Assembly (NCBI GenBank): GCA_030390025.1
Contig: CM059433.1
Coordinates: forward strand, 21,330,001 to 21,394,000
DNA length: 64,000 nucleotides
From: Squalus acanthias
Lineage: Eukaryota
Direction: 5' to 3'
The position numbers were made by a program, and so were the translations under genes. Positions within the stretch are counted from its first letter, which is position 1, and the number at the start of each line of letters is the position of its first letter. The notes under the pieces are model-generated. The model did not search any database and was not told where the DNA came from. It was given only the letters and a program-made list of their open reading frames with translations. This document shows positions 10,902-24,495 of the stretch, one piece after another.

Positions 10902-13900
10902 AATGACTCCTCACTTTATGAGGGGAATCCAGAATGAGGAGGGTTTTTTTTTAAAATAGAGATTAGCTGACAAAAATGAATATAGGAAAAGATCTTGACA
11001 CAGAGTTGTGAGAGATATAATCAGAGAGAGAGGCAGGAAATGAAGACTGGATATGGCTGCTCCAGCGAACAATACAATGGAGCAGGTTTAATGGGCTGGA
11101 TGACCTACTCATCTTCCTGTGTTCTATATAAAAGGTGGTTAATATTTCAGGTAGACCTGAAATATTGCCGATTTTTTTTTCCCTCAAAGTACGTGTGTCT
11201 TTCCAGAATTTTCTGTTTTTATTTCAGATTTCCAGTGTTTGTAGTTTTTGCTTTCAATCCCTGCTGGAGTTCTAATGGGTTCATCCGAGAGTAGGGCTGC
11301 TTGTGTGAAGGAGCCCAGCCCTTGATTTTCCATCCATTTCCAACTAAGTGCTGCCTACAAGCACCACTCCTCACCAGGAGCCCCTGATCGATGAATCAGC
11401 CCTAATTTGATGTTCTCTGAACAAAAGAAGGGTTTGAGGGGTTTGGTGAGAAAACCGCTATGTGGGGCTGGCCTATGAAAAGGGGACAGACTTCTTGGGC
11501 TTAAAGCCTTTTCTTCTTACTAAAAATTCTATTCTTCTATAGTTTTACTCCATTGGAACTACTTGACTGCTGAATTAAACCTGCAAGTTCCACACTTTTC
11601 ACCAGTTCAGTTTATTATGCAGCATTAATAATGTTTGTGGTAAATTGCATTTCATTTCACATTACGATTCGACAATAAATGCACGTATACACATACTATC
11701 TTTACTGTGGAACAGAGGGTCGGCAAATTTTTGAGACGAATAGATCAAGACCTTCAGAACAGCAGCCTACCTTTAACTCTGTGGCACAGAATATGCACAA
11801 GATCATTATTACTTTTCAACCACCTCTCACTATGAGAATGGGAGTGCTTAATAACAGTAATGAGATTTACTGGGCCATCACATAGCTGCAGAGATTTAAG
11901 CAGCAGCCTGGCTGTTTTTTTTTAAACAGGAGTTCACAGTGCCCACGCATCCTATTTCTGTAGTTGGAATTCAGATAGTACCAACATCCTCCTGATTTTT
12001 GGCTGTCCAAACCCTATTTCGAAAAGAAAGAAGCATTTGTGGAGGATTATTCTGGGAAGCTCACCAACAGAATATAGCAGAGGTTCAGGAAATACATCAG
12101 AGACGGACAGAGAGCTGGATTGACAGTCAGGCAGATGATGAGCAGGCAGACAGGACGATCATTATATCCCACTTCCTATGCACGAAAGAATGAAAAGTAG
12201 CTGTAGCTGACTGCAGGCTTGTGTTCCATTCATTTAACAGCACCTTTCATTTCTGGAATCTCATCCAGTAAGCCTCCTCTCCTGGAAACACTTGTAAATT
12301 TTTGATATGCATCTTAAAATGGAAATAAAAAGTTGAACCCAGTGAAGCAAAGGTGATGATTAATGCACAACTGGTTAGGGCCTCTTCTGTGGGATAATCT
12401 TGGGATTAGCGGATTTCTTTCCCATAGTTACTGTCGCAACGTAAGTTTGTTAGTCTTTCAACAACAACTTCAACGTGATGCAGGCCCGAGTGGTTTTAAA
12501 CAACAAGCTTTAATATATTGACTAATAACAGTATTGTTCCTATACAACTGTTCGACAGTATTACATTAATTGACAAGCAATTAACACAACCTGGTTTCCC
12601 GCAGACTCAAGGGGATCAAGCTCAACCTCCGTCACTAGGCTATGGACTTCCAACAATCCCGAGAGCTCTCGCTCCATGGGTGCAGCTTGCCCTGTCTTTA
12701 TACTATTCGGCTGCATTGTTCTTCACGTACGCCTCTCTGACCTTATCTCTTAGTCATTAATTATCCCACCAAGCTGATGCCATGTTAACAACTCAGATGA
12801 GTTGTTTTACATAGTCTCCTAATCACCTCGACTTCCATCTCTGTCTCACAAGCATCATTATTGAACTCAGGAGTGCATAGACCAGTCTTTGTCTACTTAT
12901 GGCCATGCAAGCCTCCATAGTCCTGACTGCCTTAGGAATATCTCGATGCTATCAGTTTCTGTGGTATGTTGGTTCCTTGCTAACCACGTCATCCCTTATC
13001 TAGGTGCCTGATTCTCATGGCTCAGCTTGTTTTGTTAAAATAGAGACAAAAAGCTCCCCTGAGCACCCCCACCCATCCAGCCCCCTTGCTAAATGCCTAA
13101 AGCTATGCGAGATGGGATACTTGACCATGCTGGGTTTGAACCATATTCTTAAAATATTCGAACAATGTCTACAATCTTTTTGTCTTTTGCCGTAAATTGT
13201 AGACACAATGAACTGATCAGAATTTGAGATTATACAAAGTTGCTAGTGAATAAACTTTGTTGCAGAAAACTAGGAACACAGCCGTTACATATTTACCTCC
13301 GAGACCTCCCAGCGCCAGGTCCATGATAAGTGTTGTCATGGCCTGCTTTGGAGGTTCTAAAATAGGCCCTGTGGTCCAATGCTGCCTTCCTCACTCTACT
13401 CTTTTTTTTGCGGCTGCAATGACCCCCCCCCCCCCCACCCTCGCCCCCCCTCCACCATCATGACCAGACCCCAAGACTGGACATGTTGGATTGCTGCCTG
13501 CTCGTCCCTATTGCCTTCTCATAGTCGTTGGACCCTGACCCTGGACCTGATCTGTGCAGGCTCGGATTCCAAGCTTTAAAAAAGCCACGTTTCTAGACAT
13601 TGCTGGGAATCAGCTTAAATACTGTCAGCATTTTTAAAATCCAATTTACAATTTCAAAAGCACTGAAACTGCATCAAAACATTAAGGTGGGCCCTAATAA
13701 TAGCTGGAAAAGCAGATTTTCTCACTGCTGGGGAAGAAGAGATATTGCCAAAAGGAATTTCCCAATGCTGACCTTGGAAAATCTGTTATTCAAAATAAAT
13801 ATGTTAAGTGTTGCGTTTTTGGCTCTGTTATGTTTTTGGCTAGATATTTTCTCAGGTTCAGCATAAGTAGTTACTCCCGCATTCACTATAATGCAGAGTG

Positions 13901-14639
13901 AGCCTTGACCTGCCCAGTTTCTCGATAAATGATATCAAGACCAAAGGGATTGTAACAGAGAACCCTTACTCTGTACACAGGCTATATCACATGCAGCCAC
14001 GTGATGCTCCTCTCTTCAAAAAGCTGACTGAATATACACTCTTACCAGAATGAGACACAGGCTCTGAATCAACAAATGACTTTAATTATATAGAAGAATT
14101 AAATGAACAGTAAACAGTATAAAACAGTGAATCATACATCCCACTATTCCCCTTGACATACCGAATAATAGAGGCACCACTTATTTTCTTTCCAAACATA
14201 AGCAAAGGTATACTTCCTACACGGTGAAACAAGCAGCAGTTTGAAAACGAGCCCAGTTTCTCAGTGGCTGACATAATCTTGAAACACATGCAGCTGGCTA
14301 AAAGCTCAAAATTGCCTCTCCCTGGTAAAACAATTTCAACTCCTTTGACATTAAACAGAAACAAAAGGCAATTGACATCTGTATTTCTCTTTATTAAGTA
14401 AAATCTATGGCCACCTGTAGAAAACTGCATTTCTCTCAATAATATTGAATGGATAAGCAATCTTTGACAATGGCAAGGAAATCGTGTGATTAAGCATGCT
14501 CGTTCTGGCAAACTAGACATCCCATTGTGCCTCCTTAGCAACTCAAACCTTGTGAATCCCATCTACTATTATAACGTACAAGTTGAAAATACAAATATCC
14601 ATTTCTTTTAAAAGGATCATTTACACTTCATACTTTAGA

Positions 14640-16395
14640 CTTTTTGGCTTATCCAACTTCCCTTCCTGACCCCCATGTTAGCTGATACTGTAAATGGTTC
14701 CCTCTCCTTGGGTACTGTCACGCTCCCTTTCAAATCTAATTTCATCAAAAAACCCACCCTTGACCCCTCTGTCCTTGCAAACTACCGCCCCATCTCCAAC
14801 CTCCCTTTCCTCTCTGAAGTCTTTGAATGTGTTGTGACCTTTCAAATCCGTGCTCATCTTTCCCGCAACTCCATGTTTGAACCATTCCAATCAGGTTTCC
14901 GCCCCTGCCGCAGTACTGAAACGGCCCTAATCAAAGTCACAAGTTACATCATATGTGATTGTGACCCTGGTGCACTATCCCTCCTCATCCTTCTCAACCT
15001 GTCAGCAGCCTTTGACACAGGTGACCACACCAATCTCCTCCAATGCCTTTCCCCCATTGTCTAGCTGAATGGGACTGCTCTCACTGATTCTATTGTTATC
15101 TGTCCAGTCATAGCCAGAGAATCTCCTGCAATGACTTCTCTTCCCTCTCCCGCACCGTTACCTCAAGAATACTCCAAGGATCTGTACTTGAGCCCCTCCT
15201 ATTTCATATCTACACGCCGCCCCGAGGCAACATCTTCCGAAAACACAATGTCAAGTTCCACATGAACGCTGATGACATCCAGCCTTACCTCACCACCACC
15301 TTTATCAACCCCTCTACGGCCTCTGATTTGTCACGCTGCTTGTCTGACTTCCAGTCCTGGATGTGCTGAAAGTTCCTCCACTTAAACATTGAGAAGACCA
15401 AAGCCATTGTCTTCGGCCCCTGCCACAAACTCCATTTCCGAGCCACCTATTCCATCCACTTGCCTGGCCACCAATGTTGTCTCAAATTTTTTTTTCATAC
15501 ATGGTCCTTTTAAATTTGCTGTGCAGTCGCACGTGCATGGCATCTTCCAGTGGCAACATCTTGTGAACGGCCTGCGCGGGATCTCCCAATTGATGTGCGG
15601 CCACTCGCCCGCGCAACTTAGGGGAACATTGTTGGTCACTGTCTCAGGTGGAACCAGACTATTCGCATGCTCTGCGTACATTTTGACCGCGAGCTGAGCT
15701 TCCAACCCCATATCATCTCCGTCACAAAGATCGCCTACTTCCACCTTCATAATATCACCCATCTCTGCACCCGCCTCAACCCATTTGCTGGTGAAACCCT
15801 CATTCATGCTTTTGTTACCTCCGGACTCGACTATTCCAATGCTTTCCTGGCCGGCCTCCCATCTTCCACCCTCCATAAACTTGAGCTCAACCAAAACTCT
15901 GCAGCCCGTATCCTAACTTGCACCAAGTACCATTCACCCTGTGCTCGCTGACCTACATTGGTTCCGGGTCCACCAACACCTTGATTTTAAAATTCTCATC
16001 CTCACGTTCAAATCCCTCCATGGCCTCGCCACTCCATCTCTCTGTAATCTCCTACAGCCCTACGAAAACTCCACATTCGTCCAACTCTGGCCTCTCGTGC
16101 TTCCCCCACTTCCTGCTTTCCCACTTTCTTCGTCCCACCATTGGCGGCCGTGCCTTCAGCTGCCTAGGCCCTAAGCTCTGGAATTCCCTCACAAAACCTC
16201 TGCCCCTCTACCTCTCTCTCCTCTTTAAGACTCTTGCTTAAAACCGACCTCTTTGACCAAGCATTTGGTCATCTCTCCTAATGTCTCCTTCTTAAGTCAG
16301 TGTCAAATTTTGTCTGATTACGCTCCTTGAAGTGCCTTGGGATGTTTTACAACATTAAAGGCAGTATATGAATGCAAGTTGTTGTTGTTGTTGTT
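14640..16395 (+). mobile_element. L2 LINE, 5'-truncated and decayed
   Basis: KKPTLDPSVLANYRPISNLPFLS, FQSGFRPCRSTETALIKV, LSAAFDT, LIHAFVTSGLDYSNAFLAGLP; ends ATGCAAG(TTG)n. Confidence 0.9.
15472..15631. mobile_element. 160-bp hAT-type MITE inside L2
   Basis: TIR CAATGTT.. / ..AACATTG; 8-bp TSD CTGGCCAC (15464-15471) / TTGGTCAC (15632-15639). Confidence 0.68.
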
Positions 16396-16877
16396 CTATA
16401 TTTTAGATTACACTCTATGCTAAATCAAAAATCCCTCGGTATCTTCTTCATTTGTCGTGAGATCTGGGTAAGTTTACACTAATGTTCCTAGGATAACAGA
16501 AAAGCCTTTCTGTTAATTACTTAAACTAGTGGAATTATCCTATACTTCCACAGGATCTTTCTCCCATCTACAAGATGTAGCAGAGTATTACAGTATCAGC
16601 CCATTCTTCAGACCTAGAATATGAAGCAAATTTATTGAACAGCAGACAAATGCGTGAATAGATAATAGTAATATAGAAATGATACAATCTAGCTTTGAAA
16701 CGGAAAGCAGCAAAGGGGAGATTTCCCTGTGGTCTGCGCTTGGTAGACATGGAAGTTAATTGCAGCAGGCTTTTAAACTCCTTCTGTAACGTGACCAGAT
16801 TTAAAGGGGCAGCCATCACGACAAAACTAGATAAAAACACTTCATTTTTGCCACACTGAGTATGTATTTGAAATATT

Positions 16878-17675
16878 GGCCCAGAATTGGCGGTCCGCTG
16901 ACGGTGAACTGGCAGCGTTCGCAGTTATTCCGCCATTGAAACTGACCCCAACTTCGGGATTTGGCGCATGCGCAGGCACATAAGGAAATCCTGAAGTGGC
17001 GGTCTGTCATTCACTGCTCCGACACAGGCTGCGCTATGCCCCCCAACCCCAACCCCACCCTCCCCCGCCAAAGAGCCGGCAATCAGTGTCATCTCTCAAA
17101 TTAGGGAAACTGATGAAAACTTCGGCTCTTCCGCAGTAATTGCATTCTTAAATTCCCCACTAAAAGTTAAACCCAAAGGGATTAGGTGGAACTGGGGATT
17201 TAACAGCGTATTGACTGCTAAACAAAGGTAATGGGCCTGAAAAACTAATTTTAACTTTGGGCAGTGTGAAATTTATCCATTTTAATGAAAAATTTACATT
17301 TTTAAGAAACTTAAAAAAAAAATGTTAATTTGTATTTAAAGTTTGTTCATATTTATTTCAAGTTTGCCTTTTCCCCATGTTAGAGCCCCAATCTTTGTTA
17401 TGCTCTCTCTAACATTTTTAAAAAGTTTGAATTTTAAGAGCTTACCCACTTCCTTGTTCGCTGTCTGTAAGAATTCTGAGTGATTGGCTGCTTGGACAGC
17501 TTGTTGACGTCACAGCTGTTCGCATAAAGGGATCCCCACTAAACTTCATTGATTTGAATTGAATGTCGGAAAACCCAAATTTCTCGACACAGAGATCGCG
17601 AGATCCTTGTGCGAAGCTTACTTCGGGGCCAGCGACGAACGCCTTCGCTTCGCCGCTGACCGCAAATTCCGGGCC
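16878..17675. mobile_element. Harbinger-type MITE
   Basis: TIR GGCCCAGAATT / AATTCCGGGCC; flanks ATT/AAT; GC-rich arms around an AT-rich core. Confidence 0.75.
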
Positions 17676-18031
17676 AATATGTTTTTTCCTGTCTCAATGT
17701 TATGAAATCTGTCCCCAATGTTCCCAAACTCCACCATCACGCACCCCAAATGGTGCCACACCCCAAGTCCACCCTCATCGCACCACCACCACCACACATG
17801 GCTCCTGCATGCGAAGGACCTGTCTCCCATTTCCCACGATTTCTGCCAGTGCTCCCACACATTGACAATTCACTCTCACTCCTGCCAGACCCTGATACTC
17901 CTTCCTAATGTCCAAAACACCATCCTTTTTGGTACTCCCATATCCTACAACCTCATTCCTGGCTTACTCCCGAATGCTCCCTTTTCCCATGATCCCATTC
18001 CCAACGTTCCAAGACCCAGGAGCACAGTGTC

Positions 18032-20500
18032 AACAACTCTGCTGGAAGAAGTATTAATCAGGAAATAGTTGGGGCATGTAATAAGGGAACAGCTATAATT
18101 ATGGGGGATTTTAACTATCATATTAACTGGACAAATCAAATTGGGCAGGGCAGCCTTGAGGAAGAGTTTATTGAGTGTATTAGGGATGGATTTCTTGAGC
18201 AGTATGTAACTGATCCTACAAGGGGGCAAGCAACCTTGGACCTGGTCCTGTGTAATGAGTCAGGTTTAATTAATAATGTCCTAGTTAAGGATCCCCTTGG
18301 AATGAGTGACCATAACATGGTTGAATTCCATATCCAATTAGAGGGTGAGAAGGTTGGTTCTCAGACAAGCGTACTGAGCTTGAATAAAGGAGACTATGAT
18401 GGTATGAGAGCGGAATTGATTAAAGTGGACTGGGAAAATAGATTAAAGGGTAAGACGGTACATGAGCAGTGGTGTTCATTTAAGGAGTTATTTTACAACT
18501 TTCAAAAAATATATATTCCACTGAGGAAAAAAGGGTGTAAAAGAAATGACAGCCATCCGTGGCTAAGTAAAGAAATTAAGGATAGTATCCAACTAAAAAC
18601 AAGGACATATAAGGTAGCCAAACTTAGTGGGAGGATAGAAGATTGGGAAGTCTTCAAAAGACAGCAAAAAGTAACTAAAGGATTGATTAAGAAAGGGAAG
18701 ATAGATTATGAGAATAAATTAGCAAAAAATATAAAAACAGATAGCAAGAGTTTCTATAGTTATATAAAAAGAAAAAGGGTGGCGAAGGCAAACGTAGGTC
18801 CCTTAGAGGATGAGACCGGGAAATTAATGGTGGGAAACATGGAGATGGCAAAAATGCTGAACAAATATTTTGTTTCAGTCTTTACGGTAGAGGACACTAA
18901 GAATATCCCAACACTGGACAAACAGGGGGCTCTAGGGGGGGAGGAGCTAAATACGATTAAAATCACTAAGGAATTGGTACTCAGTAAAATAATGGGACTC
19001 AAGGCGGATAAATCCCCTGGACCTGATGGCTTACATCCTAGGGTCTTGAGGGAAGTGGCAATAGGGATTGTGGATGCTTTGGTAATAATTTTCCAAAATT
19101 CCCTGGAATCAGCAAAGGTCCCGGCAGATTGGAAAACTGCTAATGTAACACCCTTATTTAAAAAGGGTAGTAGGCAGAAAGCTGGAAATTATAGACCAGT
19201 TAGTCTAACATCTGTGGTGGGTAAAATTTTGGAGTCTATTATTAAGGAGACAGTAACGGAACATTTAGATAAACATAATTTGATAGGACAAAGTCAGCAT
19301 GGCTTTATGAAGGGGAAATCATGTCTGACAAATTTGCTTGAGTTCTTTGAGGACATAACGTACAGGGTGGATAAAGGGGAACCAATGGACGTAGTGTATT
19401 TAGACTTCCAGAAGGCATTCGACAAGGTGCCACATAAAAGATTATTGCTCAAGATAAAAAATCACTGAATTGGGGGGAATATTCTGGCATGGGTGGAGGA
19501 TTGGTTATCTAACAGGAAGCAGAGAGTTGGGATAAATGGTTCATTCTCGGACTGGCAACCAGTAGCCAGTGGTGTTCCGCAGGGGTCGGTGCTGGGTCCC
19601 CAACTCTTTACAATCTATATTAACGATTTGGAGGAGGGGACCGAGTGTAACATATCAAAGTTTGCAGATGATACAAAGATGGGAGGGAAAGTAGAAAGTG
19701 AGGAGGACATAAAAAACCTACAAGGGGATATAGACAAGCTGGGTGAGTGGGCAGAGATTTGGCAGATGCAATACAATATTGGAAAATGTGAGGTTATGCA
19801 CTTTGGCAGGAAAAATCAGAGAGCAAGTTATTATCTTAATGGCGAGAAACTGGAAAGTACTGCAGTACAAAGGGATCTGGGGGTCCTAGTGCAAGAAAAT
19901 CAAAATGTTAGTATGCAGGTGCAGCAGGTGATCAAGAAGGCCAACGGAATGTTGGCTTTTATTGCTAAGGGGATAGATTATAAAAACAGGGAGGTATTGC
20001 TGCAGTTATATAAGGTATTGGTGAGACCGCATCTGGAATATTGCATACAGTTTTGGTGTCCATACTTAAGAAAAGACATACTTGCTCTCGAGGCAGTACA
20101 AAGAAGGTTCACTCGGTTAATCCCCGGGATGAGGGGGTGGACATACGAGGAGAGGTTGAGTAGATTGGGACTCTACTCATTGGAGTTCAGAAGAATGAGA
20201 GGCGATCTTATTGAAACATATAAGATTGTGAAGGGGCTTGATCGGGTGGATGCGGTAAGGATGTTCCCAAGGATGGGTGAAACTAGAACTAGGGGGCATA
20301 ATCTTAGAATAAGGGGCTGCTCTTTCAAAACTGAGATGAGGAGAAACTTCTTCACTCAGAGGGTAGTAGGTCTGTGGAATTTGCTGCCCCAGGAAGCTGT
20401 GGAAGCTACATCATTAAATAAATTTAAAACAGAAATAGACAGTTTCCTAGAAGTAAAGGGTATTAGGGGTTACGGGGAGCAGGCAGGAAATTGGACATGA
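18032..20500 (+). pseudogene. CR1 ORF2 (partial APE endonuclease plus reverse transcriptase) with a single premature TGA at 19466-19468
   Basis: ORFs 18101..19468 and 19493..20500 are in the same frame; motifs [50 protein letters not shown]. Confidence 0.93.
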
Positions 20501-20708
20501 GGCTGAGTTCGGATCGGTTGAGGCCCTGTGGGTGGCGTAGCGGGCCCAGGGGCTGAGTGGCCGGGTCCTGCTCCTACTTCTTGTGTTCTTTAGATTTGAG
20601 GTGAGGATCAGATCAGCCATGATCTTATTGAATGGCGGAGCAGGCTCGAAGGGCCGATTGGCCTACTCCTGCTCCTATTTCTTATGTTCTTATGTTCTTA
20701 TGTTCTTA
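18032..20708 (+). mobile_element. Young CR1 LINE, 5'-truncated within the endonuclease domain
   Basis: ORF2 homology throughout; 3' hairpin region and (TTCTTATG)n tail at about 20679-20708. Confidence 0.95.
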
Positions 20709-21182
20709 TCATCAACTAGCCTGGCTCATCAACTCTTGAGTACTGCTGCAAACAGTTCTTGCAACCTGCCCGCTAGCAACCTGCAACATCTTCCTTTGTA
20801 TCTTGGGATTTAAAGAAAGGCAAGAGATAAAATGAACTGCATAGTTAAATTTAATATTTAATAATAATCAGGGCCACTGATTTACAGTCTCCACATGAAT
20901 TAGCAAATATCGTATAAAATACCATTTAATTGACTTCAGGAGTCACAGTTAGAAGAAAATAATAGAAAAGAAAGCCAGTCTGACCTTAAATTCACCCAAG
21001 AACAGTTAAACTCTAATTGACTTCAGGAATACAGAGCACTTACGTGTTGTGATGTTAAAGGGACACACAGCTTCACGTTAGCAGCAGAATTATACACGTG
21101 CATGGTACAGGTAGAGTGCTTCTGACCTTATAACCTCTGACGTGCTGTGTGCAACATCATGGGAGCTCCACTAATATATAGT

Positions 21183-21925
21183 GGCCCGAAAATTAGACCT
21201 AATACGCGAGAGTACGCACTGTGTACACTCGCGTTTTAGGTCTCCAATTGCCGGTTTCCAGCATGCACTGCGCATGCGCGGGAAACCGGCACTTCGTGAA
21301 CTCAAAAGGGGGGCGGTTCCTAAGTGAACCGCGTGCGCGCTACAGACTGCGCGCACGCAGTGCACTTAGTGCTTTGAACGCGCAGGTAATCATGGAAGAT
21401 TTTACACATAAAGAAAGGAGGCGTAAGACCCTCTTTTAACAAGGTAAGTAGTTAATTAAGTATTATTTTAAAAAATTTTCAACAGGTTTATCTTTTTTAG
21501 AGACTTTAAAGAAAGGTAAGTTTATTTTTATAACTTTTAAAAAGATTTTAAATTTTTTCAAAAATTTAAATTTTTGTTTAAAGTGGCTAATTTATTTAAC
21601 TATAGTTATTTTATTAATGTGATGGTTTTTTTTTAATTTAATTGAGGTTTAGCTGTTCTTTTGGGGGTAAGTTGTATTCATAGCTTTGACAGTTCTCCTG
21701 TCAAAACTATGAATGAAAGATGGTGTGCTGCCATTGGCTCTAACTGAATCACGTGATCCCAGAGCTCGCACGAACTAACTGCGTCTGTGGGTCACGCAAG
21801 CACTGCACAGCTGCAGCCTTGAAACTAAAGTTCGTGTGGGCCCAGAGGGAAAAGGTAGGTGCGCAGTGAGATATCGCGGGGAAGCCTTACCCCCGCAGGA
21901 ACGCTCAGTGTTTAATTTCTGGGCC
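21183..21925. mobile_element. Harbinger-type MITE (same family as 53374-54139, opposite orientation)
   Basis: AGT TSD (21180-21182 / 21926-21928); TIR GGCCCGAAAATTA / TAATTTCTGGGCC. Confidence 0.85.
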
Positions 21926-22051
21926 AGTAAAGTCTTGTGTATAGTGCGTGCCAGTAGATCAGTACAGCTCAAAGTGAATGTGCCATCTCAAAATAAATGC
22001 ACGGCAAAAATAGTGATTACCTCAAATAATCTTGGTCAGTTAACATACTAC

Positions 22052-22165
22052 AATAGCAAAATACTGCAGATGCTGGAAATCTGAAATAACAACAGAAAAT
22101 GCTGGAAACACTCAACAGGTCAGGCAGCATCCGTGGAGAGAGAAACAGTGTTAACGCTTTCTCCT
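22052..22165. mobile_element. Short Penelope-related terminal repeat fragment
   Basis: AAATACTGCAGATGCTGGAAATCTGAAATAA..CAGGCAGCATC; related copies at ~11150-11255, 40775-40975 and ~42500-42590; family assignment from recall. Confidence 0.5.
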
Positions 22166-22526
22166 GAACTCAGATATTAAGGCTGGAATCGGTCAGATTC
22201 GGAGCATAAAAAGACCAACCGTTCAAAGTCCTGTTGATTTGGAGACTGAATGGTGAGGAACACTTCCCAGTGCAGTATTATGTTTATAATATCTCCAGCA
22301 AAAATACGACAAATCCAGCATCGGAAGTAGAGAGGAGATTTTCGAGAGGGAGGAGGGAAGAATAAACACACAATGTTCTTTGGATTTTAAGCAAAGAAAG
22401 GCAAGGTAAATAATTGAGAATTAGAAGCTTTGATGAAGGAAGATCAAATATAGGCACTTGCATCTTAAGCAAATTTTCTTAAGCGGTAGGGGGATGGTGT
22501 ATAAATATTATATCTGTGAAGACTAT

Positions 22527-23381
22527 GGGCTGGATTTTACCTTAGATCCAGAGGTCGAGGCAGGGACTGCTGGTTTTCGGGTTTCAGTCCCACCCTCAGC
22601 GACGTCTGATGAACAGACGCTATTTTCCCTTGATTGGTCTTGTTAAGCCCGCCCTGCGGGCTTGCTGGCCAATTAAGGGAAAGCCAATGTCAGATGACAT
22701 CAGTGCATGACCCTTCATCTGCCGGTTTTGTTAAAGTGACAGGTACCAAAAATTTTTGACAGATGAATTGTCAGTGTTTGACAGCATTGAGGTACTGTCA
22801 AACACTGACAATCACTGTCCAAAGGTGAGCCCTTGCACACAGGCTCTCCAATGACTCTTCCTTAGGATGAAACAGATGGCAGCAGCATGTGAGATTGCAA
22901 AAGCCATCTGTCACTTCTCCCGATGAGATGAGGCTGCACAAACACATCACAGCTTGTCACCTGCAGAAGCATCAAACCACAGTAAAAAAAATGTCCCCAA
23001 CATTCTCTCACCTGTCATACTTACCAGTGTCCCATTGCAGCCTTCACATTACCTCTGCAGCTGTCATTTCTACAGTTACAATACAATAGACCCACAGCTC
23101 GCCTCACTTACCCTGGCGGGGTTTCCCGACGTTGGGAAGCCCGCAGCAGTAGGCGCAAAATGGGAAAAAGCCTCTTAACTGCCTGTTAACTACCTGTTAG
23201 ATTGGCTCTATTCCCCTTCCTGCCGCTAGGAGACGGGTCCCTGCGCGAATCGGGGACCTGCCTCCCGGGAAGATTGTTTGGAGGCAGGCTGGGAGCGGGT
23301 TCGGGACCCACTCCCATTTTTTACCATTTTGCCACCGGTCCCGCCTCCAAACCCACCCCCTGAGCGCCGCAAAATCCCCCC
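22527..23381. mobile_element. ~0.85-kb Harbinger MITE
   Basis: GGGCTGGATTTT start, AAAATCCCCCC end, flanks TAT/CAT; collinear with 10035-10901. Confidence 0.85.
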
Positions 23382-24495
23382 CATGATCTTCCAGTATGAG
23401 GACGGTGTATACTATTTTTGCTTTGTGTCTGTCATGTAATATGTTGCTTCATTAAATATGCTGCATAATAGCAATAGGCAAATCTATGCCATGTTTAGGC
23501 TGCAGTAAGACTGCTGTAAAGACCAGAAACTGTACACCAAGTCCTGAAAGACCTGTGAACACCACCACAGGAGATTTACTGATTGTCTGATAATATGTCA
23601 CACTTTTTTCCCCTCCTTTAGAGCTTAATGTTAAATGTCACTGGTGTAACTGGAAAACATTCGATTAGGGTAGGAGAAATGCACTTAAGGCACAGAGAGA
23701 GAGTAGCATTCTCCTGGAGATGCAGCCAGCTGATTGTCAGCTGGAGGGAATTACCCATGGCTAAAGCTTATTTAGTGTAACCAGTGAGATGTGTGCTCGA
23801 CAGGCTGTGTGAAGCCACAATGAACTGAGATCTCAGCACAAATCTACAGATATATTCTATACAATTCCAATGTTATGATCCCTAGATTGTACAGTTGCAG
23901 GTGCGATAGTACTTCATTCCAAATAACCATGGTGATCTCAGTTGCATTTATAGTGTGCTACACTTTATCACTGCTGTGTATTTACAAGAGACATGGTAAC
24001 TCTCTTCCATAGACTCCTATTTTGCAATAAGTGCACATTTTCAAAGAAATTAACAGAATTTGCAATACAAAAGCTGGTGCAAATGTTATGATGTACACGC
24101 ACTGGGTGGTCAGCTCTTATTTCATCAATGAGCTCCACTGGAGTATTTTGCCCTCAGTCTGATTGTTTTCCGTAAGTATTTGTTCAGAATAAAATATGTA
24201 TGGTCAAAAATATTCCCTTACCCCCCACTAGCCCTCCATGAGTAGATTCTTGCAGTGCACAATTGCTTTTGGATATGTAGCGTGAAGTATATGGTGTTCG
24301 TTAAATTAGGTACGGCCTTAGGATCTTGGTCATCCTTGCCTTGCATAGAATACTAAATACTAACAATATCAGAATCAGAGGTGAGGAGCATTTATACTGT
24401 GGAATGTATGTGATGGTAGGAGACCCATGAGTCTACTGTCACATTGTGAATCTTTGCAATTCTCTACCCCAAAGGGTTGTGGATGCTGAGTCATT

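Larger units (their letters stand above)
5010..11130 (+). mobile_element. Old CR1 LINE split into five pieces (~5010-5504, 7435-7477, 9268-9403, 9992-10034, 10902-11130)
   Basis: Removing the four MITEs rejoins collinear CR1 RT/C-terminal sequence (..CATTTGGAATATT|GTATTCAG..GGATATAAT|GTCCTTGGAGG..). Confidence 0.75.

Noticed and set aside
14086..14562. 158-aa minus-strand ORF as a host gene
   Set aside because: No recognisable motif and no convincing donor; cannot be supported without homology or expression data
19466..19468. Programmed readthrough or selenocysteine at the TGA
   Set aside because: The sister copy has Gly at this position; a simple nonsense mutation or sequencing error explains it
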